A stretch of DNA of 44,426 nucleotides. Source: a bacterium (GTDB lineage: Bacteria > Bacteroidota > Bacteroidia > Bacteroidales > UBA932). The translations under genes were made by a program, and so were the position numbers. Numbering within the stretch: position 1 is the first letter of the stretch; each line of letters starts with the position of its first letter. The notes under the pieces are model-generated. The model was given only the letters and a program-made list of their open reading frames with translations. It did no database searches and was not told where the DNA came from. Shown here piece after piece: positions 9,575 through 18,675 of the stretch. The DNA lies in NCBI GenBank assembly GCA_963596955.1, contig CAVBPI010000001.1:1-44426 (forward strand). The letters run 5' to 3'.

Positions 9575-10501
9575 ATGCTATTTGACAAAGTACAGAACGG
9601 TTCCGAGGAACTGAACACCCTGACGGGGCAGTGGTTCGCGTCCACGCCGTACTACCTCATAAAGACGGAGATTGCCTTCGCCGCGCAGGAACTCGGCTCC
9701 ATTGTGGGGCAGGAGGTCGTCGAGGCGGCTGAAAAGGCCTATCTCGAAGGCTCTGACGCGGATTTCGTCGATGCCGTGCGGCTTCCGGTTGCGTTCCGGG
9801 CCATTGCTCGTTATGCACAGCTCTCAGGAGTGAGCCACGAGGGAACAGGCAGGAAGGTGAAGATGGACGACAACGAGAAGATGCCGTTCGAGTGGATGAT
9901 TGACCGCGATGACAGGGCGATGCTCGACCGCTACTACAGGGCTCTCGACGCGCTCTATCGCTATCTTGAGAAGAACGAGGTCCCGAGCTGGATGTCATCT
10001 CCCGTCCGTGAGCTCTCGGCTCGCTGCATCGTGAGGAGCATCAGCGAATTTGAGAGGTTCTATCCGGTCGATGGCAGTCAGTACGCATGGCATCTGTTCG
10101 TTCCGCTGATTGTCGATGCACAGGAGAATGTCGTGGAGCCGTTCGTCGGTGAGGAGGTGTGGGCGCGCATTCTCGCTGCTCCCGATTCAGGTGACGGCAC
10201 TGCTCTAAGGCTCCGTTCACGCGCTGCACTCCTTGCCGTGCTGACAGCTCTCGTGACGGCGGCGCGGCGCTGGTCACTCGATGTCCTGCCATTGTCAGTC
10301 GCGCGGCGTTTCAGCCCGTCCTATCAGGGCAATCGCGAAAGCCGTGCGGCTGAAACCAAGGAAATAGACTGGTTCATCGATAAGACGACTGCCCAGATTG
10401 CCGAGGCGAAGGACGAGCTGAAGAAGCTTGCCGGAGCGGCCGGTGAAGCCTGTCTGTTGCCGAAAAATGACCCTGCGAACAAATTTGCGACGGTGGTATG
10501 A
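9575..10501 (+). CDS. DUF6712-like putative head-tail adaptor
   Basis: Helical 308-aa protein after the portal; resemblance from memory. Confidence 0.5.
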   Translation: MLFDKVQNGSEELNTLTGQWFASTPYYLIKTEIAFAAQELGSIVGQEVVEAAEKAYLEGSDADFVDAVRLPVAFRAIARYAQLSGVSHEGTGRKVKMDDNEKMPFEWMIDRDDRAMLDRYYRALDALYRYLEKNEVPSWMSSPVRELSARCIVRSISEFERFYPVDGSQYAWHLFVPLIVDAQENVVEPFVGEEVWARILAAPDSGDGTALRLRSRAALLAVLTALVTAARRWSLDVLPLSVARRFSPSYQGNRESRAAETKEIDWFIDKTTAQIAEAKDELKKLAGAAGEACLLPKNDPANKFATVV

Positions 10502-11391
10502 CGGAGATTGAGATATATGAGACCGGGGAACGGCTTTCGTTGCCCTCGTCATGGGACGAGATGACTCCGGAGCAGGTTCGGTTCGTGTTCCGGACCTACG
10601 GGGAGTGCATCCTGCGCGGCGGGTCTCCGCTGGAGTTCAATGTCAGAGTGCTCTGTCACTTGCTCGGGCTGCGTTTTTCGCGTCGGACGATGCTTGCGGA
10701 GCGCCTTTCCGGCGACGAGGCGACGCGCCTTGACGAGAATCTTGCCATGCTCTGCGACCGCTGTCTCGGATTCCTTCTTGATGTGGAGCCTCAGACCCTG
10801 CAATGCCGGCTGACCTTCGACTCGGTGGCGAATCCCCTGCCGGTGGTGCGGAGCGGGCGTTTCCGGCTTTACGGCCCCGCGGACTTGCTTCAGGACCTCA
10901 CTTTCGGGGAGTTCCGGCACGCGGCCGTTGCCATGCAGGCCTTCCTGCGCTCCGGAAAGGAGGCGGAACTCGACGAGTGCATTGTCTTTCTCTACAGGAG
11001 GCGGTGCTCGAAGCCGAACAGGGCGGGACGGCGCGTGATTGCGGTGGATTCCTCGAACATCGAAAGGGAAACGAGGCTCGCGGCGCGGCTTGAGCCCTGG
11101 CAGAAGAACCTCGTGCTCCTCTGGTTCGCGTCCTGCCTGAAGTTTCTCCAGACGCAGGACATAGTCATCGACGGCGAAACGGTGGAGCTCGGCCGTCTCT
11201 TCTCGGGCGACGGGGACGAGCGCGGCGGCTACGGCTTCGGCTGGAACGACCTCACCGTGCAGATTGCCAAGGACCAGACCATAGGGAACATCGAGCGCGT
11301 GGATGAGGAACCGCTTTTCTCCATTCTCGGCATCATGTGGCACAATTTCAAGGAACAGAAACGATATGAAGCGATTTCAAAGGCTCATTAG
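10498..11391 (+). CDS. Hypothetical phage protein (LPSSWDE...LTFGEF type)
   Basis: ATGA-coupled ORF in the neck/tail module. Confidence 0.7.
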   Translation: MTEIEIYETGERLSLPSSWDEMTPEQVRFVFRTYGECILRGGSPLEFNVRVLCHLLGLRFSRRTMLAERLSGDEATRLDENLAMLCDRCLGFLLDVEPQTLQCRLTFDSVANPLPVVRSGRFRLYGPADLLQDLTFGEFRHAAVAMQAFLRSGKEAELDECIVFLYRRRCSKPNRAGRRVIAVDSSNIERETRLAARLEPWQKNLVLLWFASCLKFLQTQDIVIDGETVELGRLFSGDGDERGGYGFGWNDLTVQIAKDQTIGNIERVDEEPLFSILGIMWHNFKEQKRYEAISKAH

Positions 11392-11803
11392 CCTCACCGA
11401 GTACATCGAGGGCTTTTCCCTCCCCGGCATCAGTCCCATCGTGACGACTGCGCAGGCCGACGCGACCTCGAAGCTCCAGCACCTTTCGGGTGTTCAGGTT
11501 CTCGCGGCGCGTCCGGAATGCCGTCAGCGGGGCGACACGGATTCCTTCAGTTCCGTGATTTCTACGGCGTTCTTCGTCGTCTCCAAGGGACTCGGCTCGG
11601 CCAACACGCCGGAGCGCGAACGGAAGCAGTTCAGTGAGCTTCTTGACATTGCCTCGCAGATTGTTGAGCGCGTGGCCGGCGACTCCACCTCCGGCGCCTG
11701 CGGACTCCTTTCCGGACTTTCGCTCGCAGCCGTCGAGATTGTTCCCGAAGCCTCCATTTTCGGCGGCTGGCTCGGCTACAGCGTTGAACTTTCGTTCGAG
11801 TAG
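11366..11803 (+). CDS. Hypothetical neck/tail-terminator-like protein
   Basis: Size, position and C-terminal GWLGYSVELSF strand. Confidence 0.45.
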   Translation: MKRFQRLISLTEYIEGFSLPGISPIVTTAQADATSKLQHLSGVQVLAARPECRQRGDTDSFSSVISTAFFVVSKGLGSANTPERERKQFSELLDIASQIVERVAGDSTSGACGLLSGLSLAAVEIVPEASIFGGWLGYSVELSFE

Positions 11804-11811
11804 CGGCCGCC

Positions 11812-12183
11812 ATGTCAGTAAAGGCACGTTTCATACGCAATGTCCTGGAGGAGGAAGGCGCGTCGATGCTCCGCCGCCAGAGTTCCGCCATTCTCTCCAA
11901 GCTGGAGACGCGCGCCGGCACGCTTGAGAAGTCCCGCTTAGTTTCGGTGGTCTCCGCGTCCGACTCGTTTGACGGCAAGCTGACCTTTCAGCACGTCGCC
12001 TACGAGCGCTTCCTCGACCTCCGCCGTCTCCGCTACGGCTCCAAGGTCGTTTCCCGCCGCCGTCGCATCCACAACCGCTACGTCTTCGGAGCCTACTCCC
12101 GCATCGCCGAGCGCCTCATGTACGAGTTCACCGACGAGGTCGCCGCCTCCATCCGCCAACAGATTGAAAATGAATCGCTCTGA
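11812..12183 (+). CDS. Hypothetical basic neck/tail-completion-like protein
   Basis: Arg-rich ORF at the end of the neck module. Confidence 0.5.
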   Translation: MSVKARFIRNVLEEEGASMLRRQSSAILSKLETRAGTLEKSRLVSVVSASDSFDGKLTFQHVAYERFLDLRRLRYGSKVVSRRRRIHNRYVFGAYSRIAERLMYEFTDEVAASIRQQIENESL

Positions 12184-12262
12184 CGCAAAGTGTTAATAAA
12201 TATATAAATAAATCAATAAATAAATTTTTGTTGCTATCTTTGCGGGACATTAGGGAGCATAT

Positions 12263-12823
12263 ATGGACGCATTTGAGCAGAAATCTTTATTGGAGGCGGT
12301 TCTTTACATTCTCAAGAGAACCGGGGGCATCGGATACTATCAGGTGTTCAAGATTCTCTATTTCGCGGAAAAGAACCATCTCGCGAAGTGGGGAAGCAGC
12401 ATGATTCCCGACCGTTTCTGCGCATTGGAAAACGGTCCTGTGCCTACATTCCTGTACGATGCTCTGCGCGGCCACAGCCGTCGTGAATGTCCCGGACTTC
12501 AGGAACTTCTGAAGGAAGGAGTCCAGAACGGCAGCGAGGACGCCTCCTACATTCTCACTGCACGCCGCGACCCGGACATGAACTATCTCTCAAAATCGGA
12601 AATAGCCGAACTCGACCGCTCGATTGATGAGAATCTGCCGCTTTCCTTTGCCGAGCTGAAGGACAAATCCCATGACAGCGCATGGAGTGAAGCCTATTAC
12701 AGCAAGCATTCGGGGCGCAAGTATATGGATCCGGTTCTCATGGCCGAAGCCGCCGATGCCGACAAAAGCACTATCGCCTATCTGAAGGACAGTCTTGAAC
12801 TTCAAAGCGCCTGTGCCCGATGA
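12263..12823 (+). CDS. Panacea (SocA/DUF4065) domain antitoxin
   Basis: KILYFAE...ALENGPVP...LKDKSH..AW motifs; own promoter TATCTTTG at 12235-12242. Confidence 0.8.
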   Translation: MDAFEQKSLLEAVLYILKRTGGIGYYQVFKILYFAEKNHLAKWGSSMIPDRFCALENGPVPTFLYDALRGHSRRECPGLQELLKEGVQNGSEDASYILTARRDPDMNYLSKSEIAELDRSIDENLPLSFAELKDKSHDSAWSEAYYSKHSGRKYMDPVLMAEAADADKSTIAYLKDSLELQSACAR

Positions 12824-13269
12824 ACCTTTCGGATTTCCTTTCCTCTGATGTCATCAATTCTCTGACCCGCTCGACGGTTTCTGTCGGTGACGTGTGGAGA
12901 ATCAGGCTTTATCCGGAAAACGGGATAACTCCGAAAGCCGGCGACAATTCCAGAAACAAGTTTCTTGTCATATTGGGCTTTGACGATGAGGGAAACATAT
13001 ATGGCGGCGTGGTAATCAATTCGAGAATCAACGACCGCATTCCCGTTGCCCTTCAGGACTTGCAGATGCCGATAAGGAAATCCGCCTACCCGTTCCTTGA
13101 CCACGATTCTTTCGTGGATTGTTCAAAGCTTATGGTCGTCCGCGCCGAAACCTTTGCCAAATGGGAGTTCAAAGGCATCATTTCACAGGACGACATAGAA
13201 CTCATCGCCGGCACCCTCCGCGAAAGCCCGCTCGTGACAGCCGCCACCCTTGCCCGATTCTCAATTTGA
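12820..13269 (+). CDS. Putative PemK/MazF-like toxin paired with the Panacea antitoxin
   Basis: ATGA overlap; VGDVW...RNKFLVILG...INS...FLDHDSFVDCS pattern. Confidence 0.55.
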   Translation: MNLSDFLSSDVINSLTRSTVSVGDVWRIRLYPENGITPKAGDNSRNKFLVILGFDDEGNIYGGVVINSRINDRIPVALQDLQMPIRKSAYPFLDHDSFVDCSKLMVVRAETFAKWEFKGIISQDDIELIAGTLRESPLVTAATLARFSI

Positions 13270-13410
13270 GGTTGATTTTTCGGAAAAGGCTTGCTTTTTT
13301 CGGAAATAGTTGCCACCTTTGTGGTGCGATATAAATACTTCTGGCAATTCTATTTTGCGGCTGCGTTATTTCCCGTAAATATAGATTGCTGACATATTCA
13401 TAGAGATTTT

Positions 13411-13505
13411 GCCCCTCTGTATGGTCGTCATCGGCGAAAGCCTTGACTGATATTTGCCGCAAGGCTGAAGTATTGTATCGCAGACCTACAACGGAGGGGC
13501 TTTTT
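13411..13505 (+). ncRNA. C4/CI-like cloverleaf antisense RNA, copy 1
   Basis: 10-bp outer stem 13411-20/13491-500, GAAA and GCAA tetraloop hairpins; loop 13467-82 is complementary to 13325-41 and to the ATG at 13519. Confidence 0.7.
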
Positions 13506-13518
13506 AATTTGGTTGGTA

Positions 13519-13791
13519 ATGCGATATACTGACGGAAAGCAGCCACGGCTCGACACTGGCAATGAAATCAAGGCGGATGAACTTATACTGAATGCTCGCC
13601 TTCAGCTCTACAGGCTCTCAGAAGATCTCATCAAATGGCAGGTCGCTCTCTATGACCGTGACAGGAGCCTGCACGAGAAGCTTGGCAAGGACTTCAACCG
13701 CGCCACCCTCGGCTTCTACGAACTCGATGAGGCACTGTCCTCCATTCTTCACAAAGACCTCGAACACAAGATAATTTTCTGCGAGGAGTGA
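13519..13791 (+). CDS. 90-aa helical protein, copy 1 (near-identical to 30230..30502)
   Basis: Duplicated ORF in which many of the differences are synonymous. Confidence 0.85.
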   Translation: MRYTDGKQPRLDTGNEIKADELILNARLQLYRLSEDLIKWQVALYDRDRSLHEKLGKDFNRATLGFYELDEALSSILHKDLEHKIIFCEE

Positions 13792-13844
13792 TTTCGGGGT
13801 GGTGTTTGTAAAATAGTTTGTATCTTGCAAAAAAATTGACACAA

Positions 13845-14162
13845 ATGTTTTGGTTCATATTATTTCTGATAATATTTTTCGCAGCGGAGTTCCCGATGCT
13901 GTTTGCCGGCTCTCTGGGAGTACTATATTGGGCAATAATCTTCTTTGGCAGTGGTTTTGTCCCAATAATAATTGTTCTCGTCATCCTTCCTGAACTGTAC
14001 AAACTCTTTTTCCGCTGGGAAAAATACTATGGAAATGAAATCTATGACAGAGGAGGCAGGAATGCTCTGCGTACAGTACTTTTATTGGCATTGATGCTCG
14101 GGATTGCATTGACCATAGTTTTGTGGCGCAAATTCCCCGAAATGGCGGAACATCTATTCTGA
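13845..14162 (+). CDS. Small multi-pass membrane protein (moron; possibly superinfection exclusion)
   Basis: About 3 hydrophobic segments, low GC, upstream TATCTTG promoter-like box. Confidence 0.6.
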   Translation: MFWFILFLIIFFAAEFPMLFAGSLGVLYWAIIFFGSGFVPIIIVLVILPELYKLFFRWEKYYGNEIYDRGGRNALRTVLLLALMLGIALTIVLWRKFPEMAEHLF

Positions 14163-14180
14163 CAACCATTTCTTTTTACT

Positions 14181-14215
14181 GTCCTTTTATAGCTGCTCTC
14201 GGGCAGCTATTTTTG
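14181..14215 (+). promoter_or_regulatory. Putative late promoter GTCCTTT-N20-TATTTTTG for the tape measure operon
   Basis: Motif and spacing conserved. Confidence 0.7.
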
Positions 14216-14235
14216 TGTCATAAAGTTATGATACG

Positions 14236-17200
14236 ATGGCAAAAACAGTCAGAGACGAACAACTTATTCTCAATGTTCTGGTGAACGGAGATGAGGCAAA
14301 GAAGCATATCCTTGATTTGGAGAAGTCGATTACAAGCAGTAGGGAAACTCTCAAAAGTCTCAAGGAAGAACAGTCAAAGTTTGTGAAGGGGAGCGAGAAT
14401 TGGAAACGCCTGAAGGCAGAAATTGATAATGTCAAAGGAAGCATAAAGTCTCAGCAGGGCGAACTGGCAAAAGCCAGAATGGAGCAGTCACGAATGAATG
14501 CGTCTGTTGATGACCTGCGAAAAAGAATACGCCTTCTTCGCGACACTCTCAGCAAGACAAATCCGAATACCAAAGAATGGCGTGTTTATAACGATGAACT
14601 TCGGCTGTCAAGAAACAGATTGGCACAATTGGAGGCGCAGTCTAAAGCGATGCATGGGACAATCTGCGGTTTGGCCGAAGCCGCTCAGAAATCTTGGGGA
14701 CCAGTGCTTTCGGGATGGCGAATTATACAGCGTTTTCGCGGACAGATTGAACAGGCGAAACAGTCGTGGCTGCAATATGACGAGGCGCTCGTTGATGCGA
14801 TGAAGACAACCGGATTGAGCCGCGACGAAATCGAGGAACTGAGCGCGGAACTCAAGAAGTTCGACACGCGAACCGCCCAGAATGAGTTGCTGTCGCTGGC
14901 TCGTGTGGGTGGTAAGTTGGGCATCTCCGGGAAGGAAGACTTGTTGGAGTTCGTTTCCGCTGCTGACAAAATCAATGTCGCGTTGAAAGAAGACCTTGGA
15001 GGAGACGCTGAGGCTGCCATAGGCCAGATTGGAAAACTCGTTGATATATTCCAGCTGAAGGGACAGATGGGTCTTGAAAAGGCGATGTTGTCCGTAGGTT
15101 CTGCAATCAATGAGCTCGGTGCCGCATCGACCGCTAACGAGGGCTACATCGTGAACTTCACCAACCGCCTCGCAGGTATAGCTCCGAACGCCAAAATCTC
15201 CATTGACAAAATCCTCGGCCTTGCATCCACCCTCGACGCGAACGCACAGGCAGCAGAGACCGCCGCAACAGCCATCGGTCAGACAATCACGGCAATGTTC
15301 AAGAAAACCGAGACATTCGCTCAGATTGCGAAGATGCCGTTCGAGGAGTTCCGTGACCTCCTGACAAATGACGTGAACGGTGCCCTCGTCAAAGTGCTTG
15401 AGGGGATGAAGGGCGACCAGGGATTGTTCGACATCGTGGCCGCCATGGACGAGATGCACTTGAACGGCCAGAGGGCAACGACCGTGCTCGGAGCTCTGGC
15501 CAACAATGTCGATATGCTCAAGACTCAGCAGCAGCTCGCGAACGAGGCCTTTCAGGAGGGCACGTCGCTGACCAACGAGTTCAACACGAAGAATGAATCC
15601 GCCACGGCCGTGCTCGAAAAGACAAAGAAGGCTCTTGAAGAGCAATGGGTTGAATTGGGGCAGAAATTGACACCTGCGCTCAATACGGCGACATCGGCAA
15701 CAACAGGAATCGTTTCTGTCGTTAATCAGGCAATTACTTTCGGAATTAAATATAAGGCGGTAATCATAGCAATCACTGCTGCATACGCGGCAATGAATAT
15801 AGTATCGGCCGCAAAGATTGCTTATGACAAACTTCGACATTTCTACAGTGCCCAGAATCGCGCTGACCTTCTAATGGAGGCAAGTCTGTTACAGGGCTGC
15901 ACCAAGGCAACGATGCTCCAATGTGCAGCTCAGAATCTTCTTGCTGGAAATGTAAAAGGTGCGGCATTGGCATTCAAAGCTTTGGGGAAAGCGATGTGGG
16001 CAAATCCCATCGGTCTTATTGCGGGAGCCGTTGCTGCGCTTGCAGCCGGTATTGGAACGATGATTTCCAAATCCCGCGAAGCCACCAAGGAACTCCGCGA
16101 ACTGAACCAAAGAACTGTTGACACGACATCCTCTTTCGTCAAGGCGCAGGCTGAAATAGATAAGGAGCGCAAGTCTCTTGAAGAACTGAAGGATGCGGCG
16201 ACAAATGCGGCGGAGGGCAGCGACGAGCGCAAGAGGGCAATCGACAAAATCAATGAACTCTACGGCGACTATCTCCCGCAGCTCCTTACGGAGAAGACTT
16301 CCAACGAGGAACTGGAGACGGCGTTGTCAAATGTAAACACTCAACTGGAGCGGAAAATCAAACTTCAGGCGCAGGAAAATGCGATGATGGAGGTCGAGCA
16401 GCATAAAATTGATTCCGTAAAGGCTACAGTCAATGCTTTGGCTGCGGAATACGAGAAGAAATTCAATAAAAAGATGCCGGCATCTGCGATAAGCAGTCTC
16501 ACATCAAGCCTTTCGGAGGCGTATGATTCAGGCTCTACAGCCAGAATGGATAAACCAGTAGAAAGCGTTTTTGAACAGAAATATCGTTGGGGTCACTCAG
16601 GGCGTTCCACATTTGGAGAAGAAGGTCGTATTCTTGACATACGCGATGAATTTCAAAAAGCCATAGATTCTGCAAATACACTGCGCTCCGTCATCAAAGG
16701 TCTCTATGGCGACCTCTCGTCTGAACCCTCCGGCAACACCGCACCGCTCGGAAGCCTTGTCGGAGGCGGAACGCCCGAAAACTCCGGAGGCGGAACGGGC
16801 GGCAACAGCAATTCAGGCGGCGATGACGACAAATTGCGGCTCGATAAGGATGAGGCATATCTTAGGGGAAAGATTGACCTTCAGAAGAAATATGCGGCGA
16901 AGGAGATTGCCACAAAGGATGAGCTGGACGCGCAGATTCTCCAGCTGGAGATTGACACTCTCGACCGCCGCATCAAGTCCGGAAAGGCGGGCGGGGACGA
17001 ACTCCTGAAGCTTCAGGAACAGCTTGCGGGAAAACGGGCGCAGCAGACGGAAAAAGAGAGCCGCACGGCTGAACAGCAGGCCAAGGAGGAGGCACGCAAG
17101 AAGGAGGAACAGGCCAAGACCGCGACACAGCTTGCCATTGATGCCGAGAAGGACTTGAAAGAAAAGGCGATAAAGGAGGAAAAACGGAGGTATGAGGCCG

Positions 17201-18675
17201 AAAAGAAAAAGGCGGAGGGCAATGCCGAGTCTCTGGAACTTGTGGAGAAAATCCATCAGAACAATCTCGACAAAATAGAGCTTGACGCCTTCAACCGCGA
17301 GGTCAAGCGGCTGGAGGACGAGCACAAGCTGAAGCGCACCCAAAAGGAGAACGCGCAGGCTGAAGAACTTTTGGCGTTCAAGGGCACGGAGGAGGAAAAG
17401 GCGGCCTTGAAGAGGAAGCACACGCAGGAACTTGCGGAGCTTGATGTCGAGTATCTGAAAGACTTGGAAGAAATGCTTCAGAAGGTGGTTGATGACAAAA
17501 CGCTTGAGGGAATGTCCGTAAGCCTTGACGAGGCCGACCTTCTGAAGATTAAACAGCAGCTTGCCGACATCATCAAGCGCAAGAACGCGGCGGCTGGTAC
17601 TGCACAGGACGCTTCGCAGGATCCGTCTGACAGCCCGAAGAAAGAAAGCCACTCTCTGAGGGATGGCACGGGCAAAGGCAGCCTGTTCGGTGTGTCGCAG
17701 GACGACTGGGAGGCGTTCTTTGCCAATCTCAAGGAGGGAAAGTTCGGCGCGGAGGACTTGCAGACGGTTGTCGCCGGCATCGGAGGTGCCGCACAGGAAG
17801 CCTTCAGTCTCGCTTCAAAGTTCATGGACTTGACAAAGAAGAAGGAAGACGCTCAGCTCAAGGAGTACAAGAAGAATCAGGACAACCGCAAGAACTCCCT
17901 CGAAAAGCGCCTGAACGCAGGTCTCATCACAGAGTCTCAGTACAATGCGCAGGTTGAGCAGATGGATGCCGAATATGAGGCTTATCAGGAAGAACTTGCG
18001 CTCAAACAGGCGAAGCGCGAAAAGACTCTGAACCTCACGCAGGCTATAATCAACACGGCTTTGGGTGTGACATCGACGCTCGCTCAGTGGGGCGTTCCGT
18101 GGGGACTCATTCCGGCCGGAATAATGGCCGCTATGGGCGCAGCAGAAATTGCCATCATAGCCTCGCAGCCTGTAACGGTCGGAGCAGAGGAGGGCGGTTA
18201 CATCAATATGAAGCGCCAACAGGACGGTAAGTCATTCAATGCCAAGCTCAATCCGTCGGCGCGCGGTTTTGTCACGCAGCCGACCGTCATAGTGGGCGAA
18301 AACGGCTCCGAGTATGTAATCCCGCACGAGGCTCTTGAGAATCCGAGCCTCCTCCCGATTATCTCCACCATGGAGACCGCCCGCCGCAACGGCAAGCTCC
18401 GCAGCCTGAACTTCAACGCGGTCTATCCGGCTACGGCGATGCCCGGGCGTGTCTCCGGCGGATTCATCGAGGGCGGAAACTCACAGATTGTGACCGCATC
18501 CGCCGACGGCACAGAAAGCTCCGCCACCGACGCGGCTCTCACGAAGGCCATCGAGAAGCTGACAAAGAAACTCGACGAGCCGATTACCGCCCGCGTGTCG
18601 ATGCTCGGCAAGGGCGGAATCAAGGAAACCGAGGAAAAGTATAACAAGCTCAGAAGAAGAGGACAGTTAGGATGA
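14236..18675 (+). CDS. Tail tape measure protein (TP901-type core)
   Basis: 1479 aa, coiled-coil; KTTGLS...TRTAQNELLSLA...GKLGI core; C-terminal VGENGSEYVIP. Confidence 0.92.
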   Translation: MAKTVRDEQLILNVLVNGDEAKKHILDLEKSITSSRETLKSLKEEQSKFVKGSENWKRLKAEIDNVKGSIKSQQGELAKARMEQSRMNASVDDLRKRIRLLRDTLSKTNPNTKEWRVYNDELRLSRNRLAQLEAQSKAMHGTICGLAEAAQKSWGPVLSGWRIIQRFRGQIEQAKQSWLQYDEALVDAMKTTGLSRDEIEELSAELKKFDTRTAQNELLSLARVGGKLGISGKEDLLEFVSAADKINVALKEDLGGDAEAAIGQIGKLVDIFQLKGQMGLEKAMLSVGSAINELGAASTANEGYIVNFTNRLAGIAPNAKISIDKILGLASTLDANAQAAETAATAIGQTITAMFKKTETFAQIAKMPFEEFRDLLTNDVNGALVKVLEGMKGDQGLFDIVAAMDEMHLNGQRATTVLGALANNVDMLKTQQQLANEAFQEGTSLTNEFNTKNESATAVLEKTKKALEEQWVELGQKLTPALNTATSATTGIVSVVNQAITFGIKYKAVIIAITAAYAAMNIVSAAKIAYDKLRHFYSAQNRADLLMEASLLQGCTKATMLQCAAQNLLAGNVKGAALAFKALGKAMWANPIGLIAGAVAALAAGIGTMISKSREATKELRELNQRTVDTTSSFVKAQAEIDKERKSLEELKDAATNAAEGSDERKRAIDKINELYGDYLPQLLTEKTSNEELETALSNVNTQLERKIKLQAQENAMMEVEQHKIDSVKATVNALAAEYEKKFNKKMPASAISSLTSSLSEAYDSGSTARMDKPVESVFEQKYRWGHSGRSTFGEEGRILDIRDEFQKAIDSANTLRSVIKGLYGDLSSEPSGNTAPLGSLVGGGTPENSGGGTGGNSNSGGDDDKLRLDKDEAYLRGKIDLQKKYAAKEIATKDELDAQILQLEIDTLDRRIKSGKAGGDELLKLQEQLAGKRAQQTEKESRTAEQQAKEEARKKEEQAKTATQLAIDAEKDLKEKAIKEEKRRYEAEKKKAEGNAESLELVEKIHQNNLDKIELDAFNREVKRLEDEHKLKRTQKENAQAEELLAFKGTEEEKAALKRKHTQELAELDVEYLKDLEEMLQKVVDDKTLEGMSVSLDEADLLKIKQQLADIIKRKNAAAGTAQDASQDPSDSPKKESHSLRDGTGKGSLFGVSQDDWEAFFANLKEGKFGAEDLQTVVAGIGGAAQEAFSLASKFMDLTKKKEDAQLKEYKKNQDNRKNSLEKRLNAGLITESQYNAQVEQMDAEYEAYQEELALKQAKREKTLNLTQAIINTALGVTSTLAQWGVPWGLIPAGIMAAMGAAEIAIIASQPVTVGAEEGGYINMKRQQDGKSFNAKLNPSARGFVTQPTVIVGENGSEYVIPHEALENPSLLPIISTMETARRNGKLRSLNFNAVYPATAMPGRVSGGFIEGGNSQIVTASADGTESSATDAALTKAIEKLTKKLDEPITARVSMLGKGGIKETEEKYNKLRRRGQLG

